Shown here in pieces: positions 1-9,600 of a stretch of DNA of 64,000 nucleotides. The stretch is from Vicinamibacterales bacterium. GTDB lineage: Bacteria > Acidobacteriota > Vicinamibacteria > Vicinamibacterales > UBA2999. The stretch covers positions 10,082-74,081 of the forward strand of contig JAUXWO010000113.1 in NCBI GenBank assembly GCA_030680175.1, in the 5' to 3' direction. A model generated the notes under the pieces. That model was not told the DNA's origin, did no database searches, and saw only the letters and a list, made by a program, of their open reading frames with translations. A program made the position numbers and the translations under genes. Every line of letters begins with the position of its first letter. Position 1 is the stretch's first letter.

Positions 1-997
1 TGCTCGGGGTGCTCGGGTCGTTGCCATGGTCCGCGGTGATGATCAGCAGGTCATCCCCGGCCAGGCGCGGCAGCAGCGCCGCGAGCCGGCGGTCGAACCG
101 CTCGAGGTTGGCCGCGTAGCCGGCTACGTCGTTGCGATGGCCGTACTGCGTGTCGAAGTCGACGAGGTTCGCGAAGATCAAGCCACGATCGACCTCCGCG
201 AGCGCGCGCTCCACCAGATCCATGCCGGCGTCGTCGCTCGCCGATGGCCAGCTGCGCGTGATGCCGCGTCCGGCAAAGAGATCCGCGATCTTCCCGATCG
301 CAGTCACCTCGTGCCCGCGCGCCAGCAGCCCGTCGAGCAGCGTGTCACGGACCGGCGGCATGGCGTAGTCGTGGCGGTGCGCCGTGCGCCGGAACGCGCC
401 GGGCTCGCCGACGAAGGGCCGGGCGATCACGCGGCCGAGGCCACGCCCCTCCACCGCCAGCGCATACGCGGCCTCACACCAGCGGTACAACTCGGGGACC
501 GGCACCCGCGCCTCGTGCGCCGCGATCTGGAACACGCTGTCGGCCGAGGTGTAGACGATCGGCCAGCCGGTCTCGAGGTGCCGCGGTCCCAGTTCGTCGA
601 TGATCGCCGTGCCGGAGGCGACGACGTTGCCGAGCGACGGGCGGCCGATGCGCGACTCGAAGTCGGCGATCAGATCGGCGGGAAAGCCGTCCGGGAACGT
701 CGGGAACGGGCGTTCGAGCACGATGCCCATCAGCTCCCAGTGCCCGGTAACCGAGTCCTTCCCCTTTGATTGCTGCGCCATCCGGCCGAAGGCGCCTGCC
801 GGCGGGGCCGGATCCTGCACGGGCGGGAGGGACACGAGGCGGGACAGGCCCAGGCGCCGGAGCGCCGGCACGCGCAGCGGCACCGCGGTGGCGATATGCC
901 CCAGCGTGTCGCTGCCCTCGTCGCCGTACGCGGCGGCATCGGGCAGTTCGCCGATCCCCACGCTGTCGAGGACGATGACGATGGCGCGTGTGAACAC
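1..997 (-). CDS. deoB: Phosphopentomutase (3' end runs off the window)
   Basis: Manual translation from GTG at 997: [35 protein letters not shown]...[15 protein letters not shown]...[14 protein letters not shown], typical DeoB motifs; missing from the ORF track because no stop lies in the window. Confidence 0.93.
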   Translation of the reverse strand, partial: MFTRAIVIVLDSVGIGELPDAAAYGDEGSDTLGHIATAVPLRVPALRRLGLSRLVSLPPVQDPAPPAGAFGRMAQQSKGKDSVTGHWELMGIVLERPFPTFPDGFPADLIADFESRIGRPSLGNVVASGTAIIDELGPRHLETGWPIVYTSADSVFQIAAHEARVPVPELYRWCEAAYALAVEGRGLGRVIARPFVGEPGAFRRTAHRHDYAMPPVRDTLLDGLLARGHEVTAIGKIADLFAGRGITRSWPSASDDAGMDLVERALAEVDRGLIFANLVDFDTQYGHRNDVAGYAANLERFDRRLAALLPRLAGDDLLIITADHGNDPSTPS

Positions 998-1022
998 GGA
1001 TCCGTCCGGCGGCAGCCGGGAC

Positions 1023-1271
1023 CTACGGGTGATGCGACGAGAAGTAGTTGGGCACGCTGCGCGGCGTCCGAATCGTCGCAATCGCGTGCTTGAAGATGAG
1101 GTGATCCATCCCGCTGTGCTCGACGATCAGCGCGAAGCGGTCGAAGTTCTTGATCCGCGCTTCGAACTCACGGCCGTCGAGCAGGTGGATTGCCACGGGG
1201 AGCTTCTCGCGTCGCGCGTAGTTCAGGAAGACATCCTGGATGTTCGGCGCGCCGGATTTGGGTTCAGCCAT
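1023..1271 (-). CDS. hfq: RNA chaperone Hfq
   Basis: NIQDVFLN...FDRFALIV...[10 protein letters not shown] Sm motifs; downstream of miaA as in the conserved miaA-hfq pair. Confidence 0.96.
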   Translation of the reverse strand: MAEPKSGAPNIQDVFLNYARREKLPVAIHLLDGREFEARIKNFDRFALIVEHSGMDHLIFKHAIATIRTPRSVPNYFSSHHP

Positions 1272-2232
1272 CGGCCACGTCTCTCCCGTTTTTCAACAGG
1301 CCCCGTTCGGCCAGCCCTCTAATAACGCCAGCCTGCACGTCCGATGATTCGCCGGGGCCATCAAACCAGATAAGAGTAGGCTCTTTGCGAAACCAGATCA
1401 ACTGGCGTCGTGCGTACTTGCGGTTCTCCCGCACGATGAGCGCGCGCGTGGCCGCCTCGTCGCGCACGCCCTGCAGATGCTCGAGCGCCTGGCGGTAGAC
1501 GAGCCCGCCGAACGGCCGGGCCGTCGGCGGCACACCGCGCGCGAGCAGCCCGCGCACCTCGTCGAGCAGCCCCCCGGCAAACTGCGCGGCCACGCGCGCC
1601 GCGAGGCGCGGCTCGAGGGCCGCCATCGGCATCGTCAGCGCGACGGCGACGGGGGTGAACTCCGGCAACGGGCGCTCCGTGCGCGCGAAGTGCGCCGTCA
1701 GCGGCTCGCCGGTGAGGAAGTACACCTCGAGCGCCCGCACCATGCGCTTCAGGTCGCGGGGCTCGATGCGGAGGCCCGACGCCGGGTCCACCCGCGCAAG
1801 GAGGCGGTGCAGGAACGCCACGCCGCGACGGGCCGCCACGCCTTCGAGCCGCGCGCGCAGCTCCGCGTTGGCGCCCGGTCCCGGAAAGAGCCCGCGCGTC
1901 AGCGTCCGGTAGTACAGGCCCGTGCCGCCGACCACGATCGGGAGCCGTCCCCGGGCGTGGATGTCGCGGATGGCCGCCGAGGCATCGCGCGCGAACTGCG
2001 CCGCGGTGTAGAGCGCTTCCGGATCGACGATGTCGATGAGGTGATGGGGGATGCCGCGGCGCCCGGCGACGGGGACCTTGTCGGTCCCGATGTCGAAGCC
2101 GCGGTACACGGCCGTGGAGTCGCAGTTGACGATCTCGCCGCCATAGTGCGCGGCGAGCGCCAGCGCCAGCCCGCTCTTCCCCGTCGCCGTCGGCCCGAGG
2201 ACCGCCAGGAACCGTGGGCCGGCCTCAGCCAA
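1264..2232 (-). CDS. miaA: tRNA dimethylallyltransferase
   Basis: GPTATGKS, DSTAVYRGFDIGTDK, VGGTGLYY, YARRQLIWF motifs. Confidence 0.96.
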   Translation of the reverse strand: MAEAGPRFLAVLGPTATGKSGLALALAAHYGGEIVNCDSTAVYRGFDIGTDKVPVAGRRGIPHHLIDIVDPEALYTAAQFARDASAAIRDIHARGRLPIVVGGTGLYYRTLTRGLFPGPGANAELRARLEGVAARRGVAFLHRLLARVDPASGLRIEPRDLKRMVRALEVYFLTGEPLTAHFARTERPLPEFTPVAVALTMPMAALEPRLAARVAAQFAGGLLDEVRGLLARGVPPTARPFGGLVYRQALEHLQGVRDEAATRALIVRENRKYARRQLIWFRKEPTLIWFDGPGESSDVQAGVIRGLAERGLLKNGRDVADG

Positions 2233-2311
2233 GCAGGCGCACCCCGAGGTAGATCATGATCACCGTCAACAGCACGACGAGCCCCAGCTGCTGTCCCCGC
2301 GTCGGGATCAC
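2225..2311 (-). CDS. Small single-TM membrane peptide (28 aa), hypothetical
   Basis: GTG...TGA reads MIPTRGQQLGLVVLLTVIMIYLGVRLLG; GTGA overlap with the tonB stop and overlap with the miaA TTG start. Confidence 0.6.
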   Translation of the reverse strand: MIPTRGQQLGLVVLLTVIMIYLGVRLLG

Positions 2312-3249
2312 CGCTCGGGCCCTGGCGACTCGTTGTAGAAGAACGTGACGGTGAAGAACGCCTGATCCGCCGGGTACTCCGGCGGCAGCGCGTAGGTGGG
2401 GTTCGACGACAGCAGCGCGTTGAGCGCGGCGGTGTTGAACGACTCGACGCTGGCCGGCGACACGACCGTCAGGTCGGTGATGCGCCCGTCCTTGTGCACG
2501 TTGAACTGGATCACCACCCGCCCGCGCATCAGCATCGCGGCGTTCGGCACGAACCAGTTGCGCCGCACCTGCGCGACGAAGCGGCGAATCCAGGGCCCGA
2601 ACTCCACCCCCTTGGTGTCGAACTGGATGTGCGGCCCGAACTCGTTGGTGCCGCCCTGGGGGTTGTTGAACGACTCGCGCTGCACGTACTCCTGCAGGTT
2701 CTTCAGGGCCTCGCCAAGCGAGCCGCCCTGCGGCCGCGCCGGTTCCGTGCGCGGCACCGACAGCGACGCGCGGTCCGGCATCTCCGGCAGGCGCTCGATC
2801 AGTTCCTCGGGCGTCTCCGACGACAGCTCCGACGGATCGGGCGTGGGGCCGGATCCACGGGCCCGCAGTTCGGGCGCCGTCTCGACGCGCTCGGCGGAGT
2901 CGCCGCGCGCGAACGGCAAGGCGTTCGACGAGATCTCGGGCAGCTCCGGCGCCTGGGCGCGCCGGTCCACGTCCGACAGCTCCGCGCGCTCAGGCGGCCG
3001 CTCGGCCGGCATGTCGACCCGCGGCTGGACGAAGACGAACCGCGGGTTCTCTTCGTCCGGCGCGACCTGGAGCCGCTCGATGCCCTCGTCCTGCGCCTGT
3101 TGCGACTGCGGCAGCAGCGGGGGCAGCAGGAGGATGGCGGCGAAGACCGCCGCGTGCACGACGATCGACATCACGACGCCCTCACGGCGCGAGATGGCGT
3201 GTCCCACGGGGTCGACGCCCGTGTATCGATCGTCGAAGTCGAAGTACAT
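2308..3249 (-). CDS. TonB family energy transducer / TolA-like protein
   Basis: N-terminal TM with SIVVH motif, Pro/Glu-rich linker, C-terminal TonB-C-like domain (GRVVIQFNVHKDGRI). Confidence 0.85.
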   Translation of the reverse strand: MYFDFDDRYTGVDPVGHAISRREGVVMSIVVHAAVFAAILLLPPLLPQSQQAQDEGIERLQVAPDEENPRFVFVQPRVDMPAERPPERAELSDVDRRAQAPELPEISSNALPFARGDSAERVETAPELRARGSGPTPDPSELSSETPEELIERLPEMPDRASLSVPRTEPARPQGGSLGEALKNLQEYVQRESFNNPQGGTNEFGPHIQFDTKGVEFGPWIRRFVAQVRRNWFVPNAAMLMRGRVVIQFNVHKDGRITDLTVVSPASVESFNTAALNALLSSNPTYALPPEYPADQAFFTVTFFYNESPGPER

Positions 3250-3296
3250 CAGTAACTTAACGAATTATACCATCCGGGCGTGGCAGGGTCGCCCGC

Positions 3297-4094
3297 TCAG
3301 GTCGCGCTGGAGGACTCGGGCGGTGTCCCGGCGACCGGCTTGGTGGCACTGTATAGATAGACGATGCCGAAGCTCAATGGCCGGTGCCGGACCTGTGAAA
3401 ATCCGGCGTCAGTCAGCATCGAGGCGAAGGCCTCCCCCCATGGGAACGCCCCCACCGACTGCGGGAGGTAGGTGTAGGCGCCAGAATGGCGCGACACGAC
3501 GCGCCCGATCCGCGGCAGGACGTGGTTGAAGTACCAGAGGTAGAGCGGACGCACCGCGGGAATCACCGGGAGTCCGAACTCCAGGATCGCCAGCCGCCCG
3601 CCCGGCCGCAGCACGCGCAGCATCTCGCGGCAGGCCTCCTCCGGCTGCTGGACGTTGCGGATGCCGAAGGCCACGGTCACACCGTCGACGGAGGCGCCGG
3701 CGACCGGCAGGTGCATCGCATCCCCGCGGACGAGGCGAACGCGGGCGCCGAGTCCCCCGGCCCGCACCTTGTCGAGGCCGTGCTTCAGCATCGCGCCGGC
3801 GAAGTCCACGCCGAGCACCTGGGCCGCGCCACGCGTCGCGCGGGCAGCGCCGAGCGCGACATCCGCCGTGCCCGTGCAGACATCGAGCAGGGTCTCGCGG
3901 CCCGTGAACCCCAGCGTGCGGATCGCCCGGAATCGCCAGTAGCGATCGAGCCCGCCCGAGAGCACCGTGTTCAGCAAATCGTAGCGTCCGGCGATCTGAT
4001 CGAACATGCCGGCGATCTTCTCCGGCCGCTTGTCCGTGCCCGACGCCGGCGACACCCCTTCAGGCCCGGCCTCCGTCATTCGTTCATCCGACAT
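3297..4094 (-). CDS. menG: Demethylmenaquinone methyltransferase (UbiE/MenG)
   Basis: MFDQIAGRYDLLN, LDVCTGTAD, AFGIRNV, RVLRPGG, YTYLPQS motifs; in menaquinone cluster. Confidence 0.93.
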   Translation of the reverse strand: MSDERMTEAGPEGVSPASGTDKRPEKIAGMFDQIAGRYDLLNTVLSGGLDRYWRFRAIRTLGFTGRETLLDVCTGTADVALGAARATRGAAQVLGVDFAGAMLKHGLDKVRAGGLGARVRLVRGDAMHLPVAGASVDGVTVAFGIRNVQQPEEACREMLRVLRPGGRLAILEFGLPVIPAVRPLYLWYFNHVLPRIGRVVSRHSGAYTYLPQSVGAFPWGEAFASMLTDAGFSQVRHRPLSFGIVYLYSATKPVAGTPPESSSAT

Positions 4095-4935
4095 ACAACG
4101 CCGCCGCCGTCGTCAACAAGTAGAGGAAGCCCACCCAGCCGTTCAGGTCGAACGCGCGCTTGACCTGCGAGAGATCGTCGCGGTGCACGAGCGACTGCTC
4201 GTAGACGAGCAATCCGGCCACGGCCGCCACGCCGCCCAGGTAGATGGGTCCCAGGGGTAACACCCAGGCGAGCGACGCCATGGCGGCGACCGCCCCGACG
4301 TGCATCCCGCGCGAGATCCAGAGCGCGCGCGCAATGCCGTAGCGCGCGGGAATCGACTTCAGGCCGTGCCGGCGGTCGAACTCGACGTCCTGGCACGCAT
4401 ACAGGATGTCGAAGCCGCCGACCCAGAGGCCAATCGCCAGGCCCAGCAGCCACGGCGGCCAGCCCTCGCGGCCGCCGGCCGCCAGCCAGCCGCCGACCGG
4501 CGCGACCGCCATGGCGAGCCCGAGGAACACCTGCGTGTACCAGGTGAAGCGCTTGGCGAGGGAGTACCAGAACACGATGGCCAGGGCGACCGGCGACAGC
4601 CACCCGCAGAGATCGCTGATCTGGAACGCGCACCAGACGAACACGGCGGACGAGAGGACCACGAAGGCCGTCGCCTCCCGGGACGACATGGCCCCGCGTG
4701 GCAGCTCGCGCATGGCTGTCCGCGGGTTCAGCGCGTCGTACTTCGCGTCCACCAGCCGGTTGAAGCCCATCGCCGCGCTGCGGGCCGCGATCATGCAGGC
4801 GACGATCCACCCGATCGCCGTCCACGTCACCGGATGCTCGCGCGCCGCCAGCAGGGCGCCCATCAGGGCGAACGGCAGCGCGAAGACGGTGTGGCTGACG
4901 CGGACGAAATCGAGGTAGGTCTTGAGACGGGCCAT
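4084..4935 (-). CDS. mqnP: UbiA-family polyprenyltransferase of the futalosine pathway (MqnP)
   Basis: HTVFALPF, ARSAAMGFNRLVDAKYDALNPRT, GFDILYACQD; start reassigned to ATG 4935, coupled to the upstream stop. Confidence 0.88.
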   Translation of the reverse strand: MARLKTYLDFVRVSHTVFALPFALMGALLAAREHPVTWTAIGWIVACMIAARSAAMGFNRLVDAKYDALNPRTAMRELPRGAMSSREATAFVVLSSAVFVWCAFQISDLCGWLSPVALAIVFWYSLAKRFTWYTQVFLGLAMAVAPVGGWLAAGGREGWPPWLLGLAIGLWVGGFDILYACQDVEFDRRHGLKSIPARYGIARALWISRGMHVGAVAAMASLAWVLPLGPIYLGGVAAVAGLLVYEQSLVHRDDLSQVKRAFDLNGWVGFLYLLTTAAALYVG

Positions 4936-6173
4936 CACGACGGGATCCACGATACCTGACCGGGCGCGATGCCGCGCACGAGATATTCTTCCACGTCGGC
5001 CGGCCGCCCCTCCAGCGCCACCGCCAGCAGCGTGGCGCGCTTCCCCGTCTCGATCGATCCGTACTCGTCGTCGAAGCCGAGCGCGCGTGCGCCGGCGAGC
5101 GTGGCACTCTCCAGGAGGCACCGGGCGGGCACCGCCGGCGCCGCGGTGCGCGCGGCCGCGAGTTCCGCGAACAGGTTCAGGTCCGCCACGCTCGCCAGGC
5201 TGTCCGTGCCCAGGGCGACCGGCACCGGCGAGGCGTAGAAGCGATCGAGCGGCGGCGGCCCCACGCCCACCCAGACGTTGCTCCGGGGACACGTCACGAG
5301 CACGGCGCCCCGCGCCGCGAGGCGGCTGAGGTCCGCGTCGGTGAACTGCACGCCGTGCACGACGAGCGTCCGCGGCTGCAGTACGCCCAGCCGGTCGAGG
5401 TACTCGACCGGCCCGCACCCGGGCGGCTGCCAGTCCGCCCGCCACGCCCCGATCTGCTCGAGCATCGTGCGCCACGGCCCGGTCCCATCCCGCAACAAAG
5501 CCAGCTCCTCCAGCGACTCACCGAGATGCACGCTGCAGAGGGGTGGCGTGAGGCGGTCCGCCTCCGCGCGCACGGCGCGAAACAGCTCCGGCGATACCGA
5601 ATACGGCGCGTGCGCCGCGATGCCCACGCGCACCCCCGCACTCGTAGCCAGCGCCATCCGCTGCGCGCGGCTGGCCGTCACCGGCGCATCGTCGGTCACG
5701 CGGAAGCCCAGCAGTTCATGGAACACATGGCCGGCCAGGGGGCTCCGCGCCAGCAGTCCCACCGCGGCCAGGGAGTTGCTGATGTCGCCCACGACGGCGG
5801 TGCCCGACTCCCACATCTCGTCGAGGGCGGTCTGGATGGCAACCTGTGCCTCGGGGGTGTCGGGCCGGTCATCCGGCCGACGGTGGGCGAAGAGCGCCCG
5901 CACCCAGGCCGTGAAGGCGGTCGCGGGGGGGACGAGCCCGCGCAGGGGCGCCAGTTCGAGATGGGTATGCGCGTTGACGAGCCCGGGGAGGACGGCCACC
6001 GCGCCGAGATCCTCAGCGGGGGACGAGGGCCGTGACGCCGGGCCGCCGACGCCGGTGATGCGCCCGCCGCGCATGGCCACCCATCCGTTGGCGATGGGCG
6101 GGGCGGCGATGGGGCAGATCCAGGAAGCGTGATAGACGCGGGGTTCGCTGTCCTCAGTCGTCGACGTGGGCAT
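4935..6173 (-). CDS. Amidohydrolase, probable aminodeoxyfutalosine deaminase
   Basis: PGLVNAHTHLE, HAPYS, HLGES, VHGV, LGTDS metal-binding motifs; context within mqn genes. Confidence 0.8.
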   Translation of the reverse strand: MPTSTTEDSEPRVYHASWICPIAAPPIANGWVAMRGGRITGVGGPASRPSSPAEDLGAVAVLPGLVNAHTHLELAPLRGLVPPATAFTAWVRALFAHRRPDDRPDTPEAQVAIQTALDEMWESGTAVVGDISNSLAAVGLLARSPLAGHVFHELLGFRVTDDAPVTASRAQRMALATSAGVRVGIAAHAPYSVSPELFRAVRAEADRLTPPLCSVHLGESLEELALLRDGTGPWRTMLEQIGAWRADWQPPGCGPVEYLDRLGVLQPRTLVVHGVQFTDADLSRLAARGAVLVTCPRSNVWVGVGPPPLDRFYASPVPVALGTDSLASVADLNLFAELAAARTAAPAVPARCLLESATLAGARALGFDDEYGSIETGKRATLLAVALEGRPADVEEYLVRGIAPGQVSWIPS

Positions 6174-6663
6174 CCAGCATCATCTCCTGCGCATCACCGG
6201 CTTCCGGCGCCAGCTCCGGATGCGCGCGCAGGATCCGCACACAGGTGTTCCAGCGCAACACCGCCTCGTTGTTCTCGGGGGGCGCCAGGCGGCACGCCTG
6301 ATCGTATGCCTCGAGGGCATCCCGAAACAAGCCATAGGCGGCGTGCGGGACCGCGATGCCGCCACGGCGCATCATGGCCTTCGCGGCGCGCTCGGCGATG
6401 AGGCCGGTGTAGTACGCGCGGCTGTAGCCGTCGGGGAGTTCCCCCAGCATGCCGCGGGCACGCGCGAGCGCGGGGCCGTCGGGGAACTGGTCGGTCAGCG
6501 CGAGCAGCCGGACGATCAGGGCGCGCGTGTTACCGGGATCCACCGCGAGCACGTCCTCGCAGATGCTCTCGGCCTCCACCGGCTCCCCCAGCAGGCGATA
6601 CCGCTCCGCACGGTCAAGCGCGGCCGGCACGGCGTCCTTCGAGAGGCGCTTCAGTTCAAACAT
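6154..6663 (-). CDS. Conserved hypothetical helical (TPR-like) protein downstream of sdhB
   Basis: 169-aa ORF with GGAGG RBS, overlapping the next gene; alpha-helical repeat-like pattern. Confidence 0.75.
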   Translation of the reverse strand: MFELKRLSKDAVPAALDRAERYRLLGEPVEAESICEDVLAVDPGNTRALIVRLLALTDQFPDGPALARARGMLGELPDGYSRAYYTGLIAERAAKAMMRRGGIAVPHAAYGLFRDALEAYDQACRLAPPENNEAVLRWNTCVRILRAHPELAPEAGDAQEMMLDAHVDD

Positions 6664-6700
6664 GGCATCCTCCGAGGTCCTCGCAGTGTGCTCTCCGCTC

Positions 6701-6777
6701 GGCTGTCAGCTGTCAGCTGTCAGCTGTCAGCTATCGGCTCCCGGCAATCTGCACTCTGCAATCTACAATCTGCAATT
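6701..6777. repeat. Heptamer tandem arrays (GCTGTCA)n and (AATCTGC)n-like
   Basis: ggctgtcagctgtcagctgtcagctgtcagctatcggct followed by caatctgcactctgcaatctacaatctgcaat. Confidence 0.9.
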
Positions 6778-6781
6778 CTTC

Positions 6782-7522
6782 TCAGCCCTGGAACACGCGC
6801 AGCAGCCGGCGGACCGGGTCGTAGAAGCGATCCACGACCCGCTCCTTGAGCGGGATGATCGCATTGTCGGTGATCGTGATGTGTTCCGGACACGACTTCG
6901 TGCAGCACTTGGTGATGTTGCAGTAGCCGACGCCGTGGGCCTCCTTGAGGTCGGCCAGCCGGTCCTCCACGTCCAGCGGATGCATCTCGAGCGCAGCCGT
7001 GTAGACGAGGAAGCGCGGGCCGATGAAGGCGTCGTGCAGGTGATGGTCGCGCAGCACGTGGCAGACGTCCTGGCACAGGAAGCACTCGATGCACTTCCGG
7101 AACTCCTGCACACGCTCGACGTCCTCCTGCGCGATCCGCCAGGTGCCGTCCGCGGCGTCAGGGGGCCGCGGCGTGAACTTCTTGATCTTCGTCTTGACCT
7201 CGAAGTTCCACGACACGTCGGTCACCAGGTCGCGGATCGACGGGAAGGCCTGCATCGGTTCGATGGTCACCGGCTCGTCGAGCGGCAGGTCGCTCAGCCG
7301 GGTCATGCACATCAGGCGGGGCTTGCCGTTGACCTCCGCCGAGCACGATCCGCATTTCCCCGCCTTGCAGTTCCACCGGACGGCCAGATCGTGCGCCGAC
7401 TCGGCCTGGATCTGATGGACGGCGTCGAGCACGACCATGCCCTCGGAGACCTCCGTGACGTAGTCCTGCATCGCCCCGCCGGACTGATCGCCGCGCCAGA
7501 TACTGAAGATCGCTCGTGCCAT
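6782..7522 (-). CDS. sdhB: Succinate dehydrogenase/fumarate reductase iron-sulfur subunit
   Basis: CKAGKCGSC...C, CIECFLCQDVC, CNITKCCTKSC cluster motifs. Confidence 0.95.
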   Translation of the reverse strand: MARAIFSIWRGDQSGGAMQDYVTEVSEGMVVLDAVHQIQAESAHDLAVRWNCKAGKCGSCSAEVNGKPRLMCMTRLSDLPLDEPVTIEPMQAFPSIRDLVTDVSWNFEVKTKIKKFTPRPPDAADGTWRIAQEDVERVQEFRKCIECFLCQDVCHVLRDHHLHDAFIGPRFLVYTAALEMHPLDVEDRLADLKEAHGVGYCNITKCCTKSCPEHITITDNAIIPLKERVVDRFYDPVRRLLRVFQG

Positions 7523-7559
7523 CCCTGCGCCTCCGACGGCTCCTGCCTGCCCGTTCCGC

Positions 7560-9386
7560 TTACGCCGTGTTGGCGTCGATGATCGCCTGGTGCTCCGGCG
7601 ACAGCGGCGGCAGCGTCTCGCGCGTGACGCGCATCGTCCCGTCGCCGGCCTTCCGGATCACGATCGTCACCTGCCCCTCGACGGACGACTTCTCCTGGTA
7701 GTCCTCGCGGAACTGCGCGCCGCGGCTCTCCTTCCGCTCGATCGCGGCCAGCGTCACGGCCTCCGAGACGGTGAGGAGGTTGTCGAGGTCGAGCGCGGTG
7801 TGCCAGCCGGGGTTGTACTCGCGGTTGCCTGGCGCGCTCACCCGCCGTGCCCGCTCGGCGAGGCCGGCGATGACGGTGACCGCCTCGCGCATCTCGGATT
7901 CGAGCCGCACGATGCCGACCAGCCGCTGCATCGCCTCCTGGAGTTCGTGCTGGATGGCGAAGGGGTTGCTCTCGGCGTTCGCCGCGCCCTGCCGCTCGAT
8001 CGGCGCCAGCGCCTCGGCCGCCGTCCGGTCGAGGACCCCGCCATCGACCTCGCCCTGCGTCGTCCGCTTCGCGTACAGCGCGGCATGCTCGCCGGCGCGC
8101 TTGCCGAACACGAGCAGGTCCGACAGGGAGTTGCCCCCGAGCCGGTTCGCACCGTGCAGCCCGGCCGCGCACTCGCCGGCGGCGAAGAGGCCCGGCACCG
8201 ACGACATCTGCGTCTCGGCATCCACGCGCACCCCGCCCATCGCGTAGTGCGTGGTTGGCCCCACTTCCATGGGCTCCTTCGTGATGTCGATGCCCGCCAG
8301 CTCCTTGAACTGGTGGTACATGCTCGGCAGCTTCTTGCGGATGTGCGCCTCGCCATCGGGCACATGCGCCTTGATCCACGAGATGTCGAGGAAGACGCCG
8401 CCGTGCGGGCTCCCGCGCCCCTCGCGGATCTCGCGGACGATGCAGCGCGCGACGTGGTCGCGCGTGAGCAGCTCCGGCGGGCGCCGCGCGGCCTTGTCGC
8501 CCTGGCAGTAGCGCCAGCCCTCGTCCTCGTTGTCCGCGGTCTGCGGCTTGTAGTTGTCGGGGATGTGGTCGAACATGAAGCGCTGGCCGGCGCTGTTGCG
8601 CAGCACGCCGCCCTCCCCGCGGACGCCTTCGGTCACGAGGATGCCGCGCACGCTCGGCGGCCAGACCATCCCTGTCGGGTGGAACTGGACGAACTCCATG
8701 TCGATGAGGTCCGCGCCCGCGTGATACGCCAGCGCATGGCCATCGCCGGTGTACTCCCAGCTGTTGCTCGTGACGGCGTAGGCCCGCCCGATGCCGCCCG
8801 TCGCGAGGATCACGGCCTTGGCCGTGAACACCCGGAAGCGGCCCTTCTCGCGGTCGTAGCCGAAGGCGCCGACTACGCGGTCGCCGTCCTGCAGCAGCCG
8901 CGTGACGGTGCACTCCATGTGGAACTGGATGCCCTGGTGGATCCCGTGATCCTGCAGCGTCCGGATCAGTTCCAGCCCCGTGCGATCGCCGACGTGCGCG
9001 AGGCGCGGGTAGCGGTGCCCGCCGAAGTTGCGCTGCAGGATGCGGCCGTCCTTCGTCCGATCGAAGAGCGCGCCCCACGCCTCCAGCTCGCGCACACGCT
9101 CGGGCGCCTCCTTCGCATGGATCTCGGCCATCCGCGCGTTGTTGACGTACTGGCCCCCGCGCATCGTGTCGGCGAAGTGCACCTGCCAGCCGTCGCGATC
9201 GTCGACGTTGGCCATGGCCGCGGCAATCCCGCCCTCGGCCATCACGGTGTGGGCCTTGCCGAGCAGCGACTTGCAGATGACGCCGACCGACACCCCCGCG
9301 CCGGAGGCCTCGATGGCAGCCCGCAACCCCGCGCCGCCGGCGCCGATGACGAGCACGTCGTACTGATGTGTCTGGTAGTCGGACAT
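7560..9386 (-). CDS. sdhA: Succinate dehydrogenase/fumarate reductase flavoprotein subunit
   Basis: GAGGAG, AHTVMAEGG (covalent FAD His), QFHPT, HYAMGG, HGANRLGGNSL; start taken as ATG 9386. Confidence 0.95.
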   Translation of the reverse strand: MSDYQTHQYDVLVIGAGGAGLRAAIEASGAGVSVGVICKSLLGKAHTVMAEGGIAAAMANVDDRDGWQVHFADTMRGGQYVNNARMAEIHAKEAPERVRELEAWGALFDRTKDGRILQRNFGGHRYPRLAHVGDRTGLELIRTLQDHGIHQGIQFHMECTVTRLLQDGDRVVGAFGYDREKGRFRVFTAKAVILATGGIGRAYAVTSNSWEYTGDGHALAYHAGADLIDMEFVQFHPTGMVWPPSVRGILVTEGVRGEGGVLRNSAGQRFMFDHIPDNYKPQTADNEDEGWRYCQGDKAARRPPELLTRDHVARCIVREIREGRGSPHGGVFLDISWIKAHVPDGEAHIRKKLPSMYHQFKELAGIDITKEPMEVGPTTHYAMGGVRVDAETQMSSVPGLFAAGECAAGLHGANRLGGNSLSDLLVFGKRAGEHAALYAKRTTQGEVDGGVLDRTAAEALAPIERQGAANAESNPFAIQHELQEAMQRLVGIVRLESEMREAVTVIAGLAERARRVSAPGNREYNPGWHTALDLDNLLTVSEAVTLAAIERKESRGAQFREDYQEKSSVEGQVTIVIRKAGDGTMRVTRETLPPLSPEHQAIIDANTA

Positions 9387-9401
9387 AAGGGCGACCAAGG
9401 C

Positions 9402-9600
9402 GGCTATCGGCGATCAGCTATCGGCTATCGGCTATCGGCTCTCAGCTGTCGGCTATCAGCTATCGGCGGTCAGCGATCAGCGATCGGCTCTCGGCTCTCG
9501 GCTATCAGCTATCGGCTACGGGCCAGCGGCGCGCGGAACCGGAACGCTCCATCGCGCCCGGCACCCTCGAGCTGAGAGCTGAAAGCCGACAGCTGACAGC
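9402..9600. repeat. Inverted pair of heptamer arrays (GCTATCG/GCTATCA ... GCTGACA/GCTGAAA)
   Basis: About 16 degenerate heptamers at 9402-9517 and a shorter reverse-complement array at 9571-9600 abutting the stop codon of the membrane-anchor gene. Confidence 0.9.
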
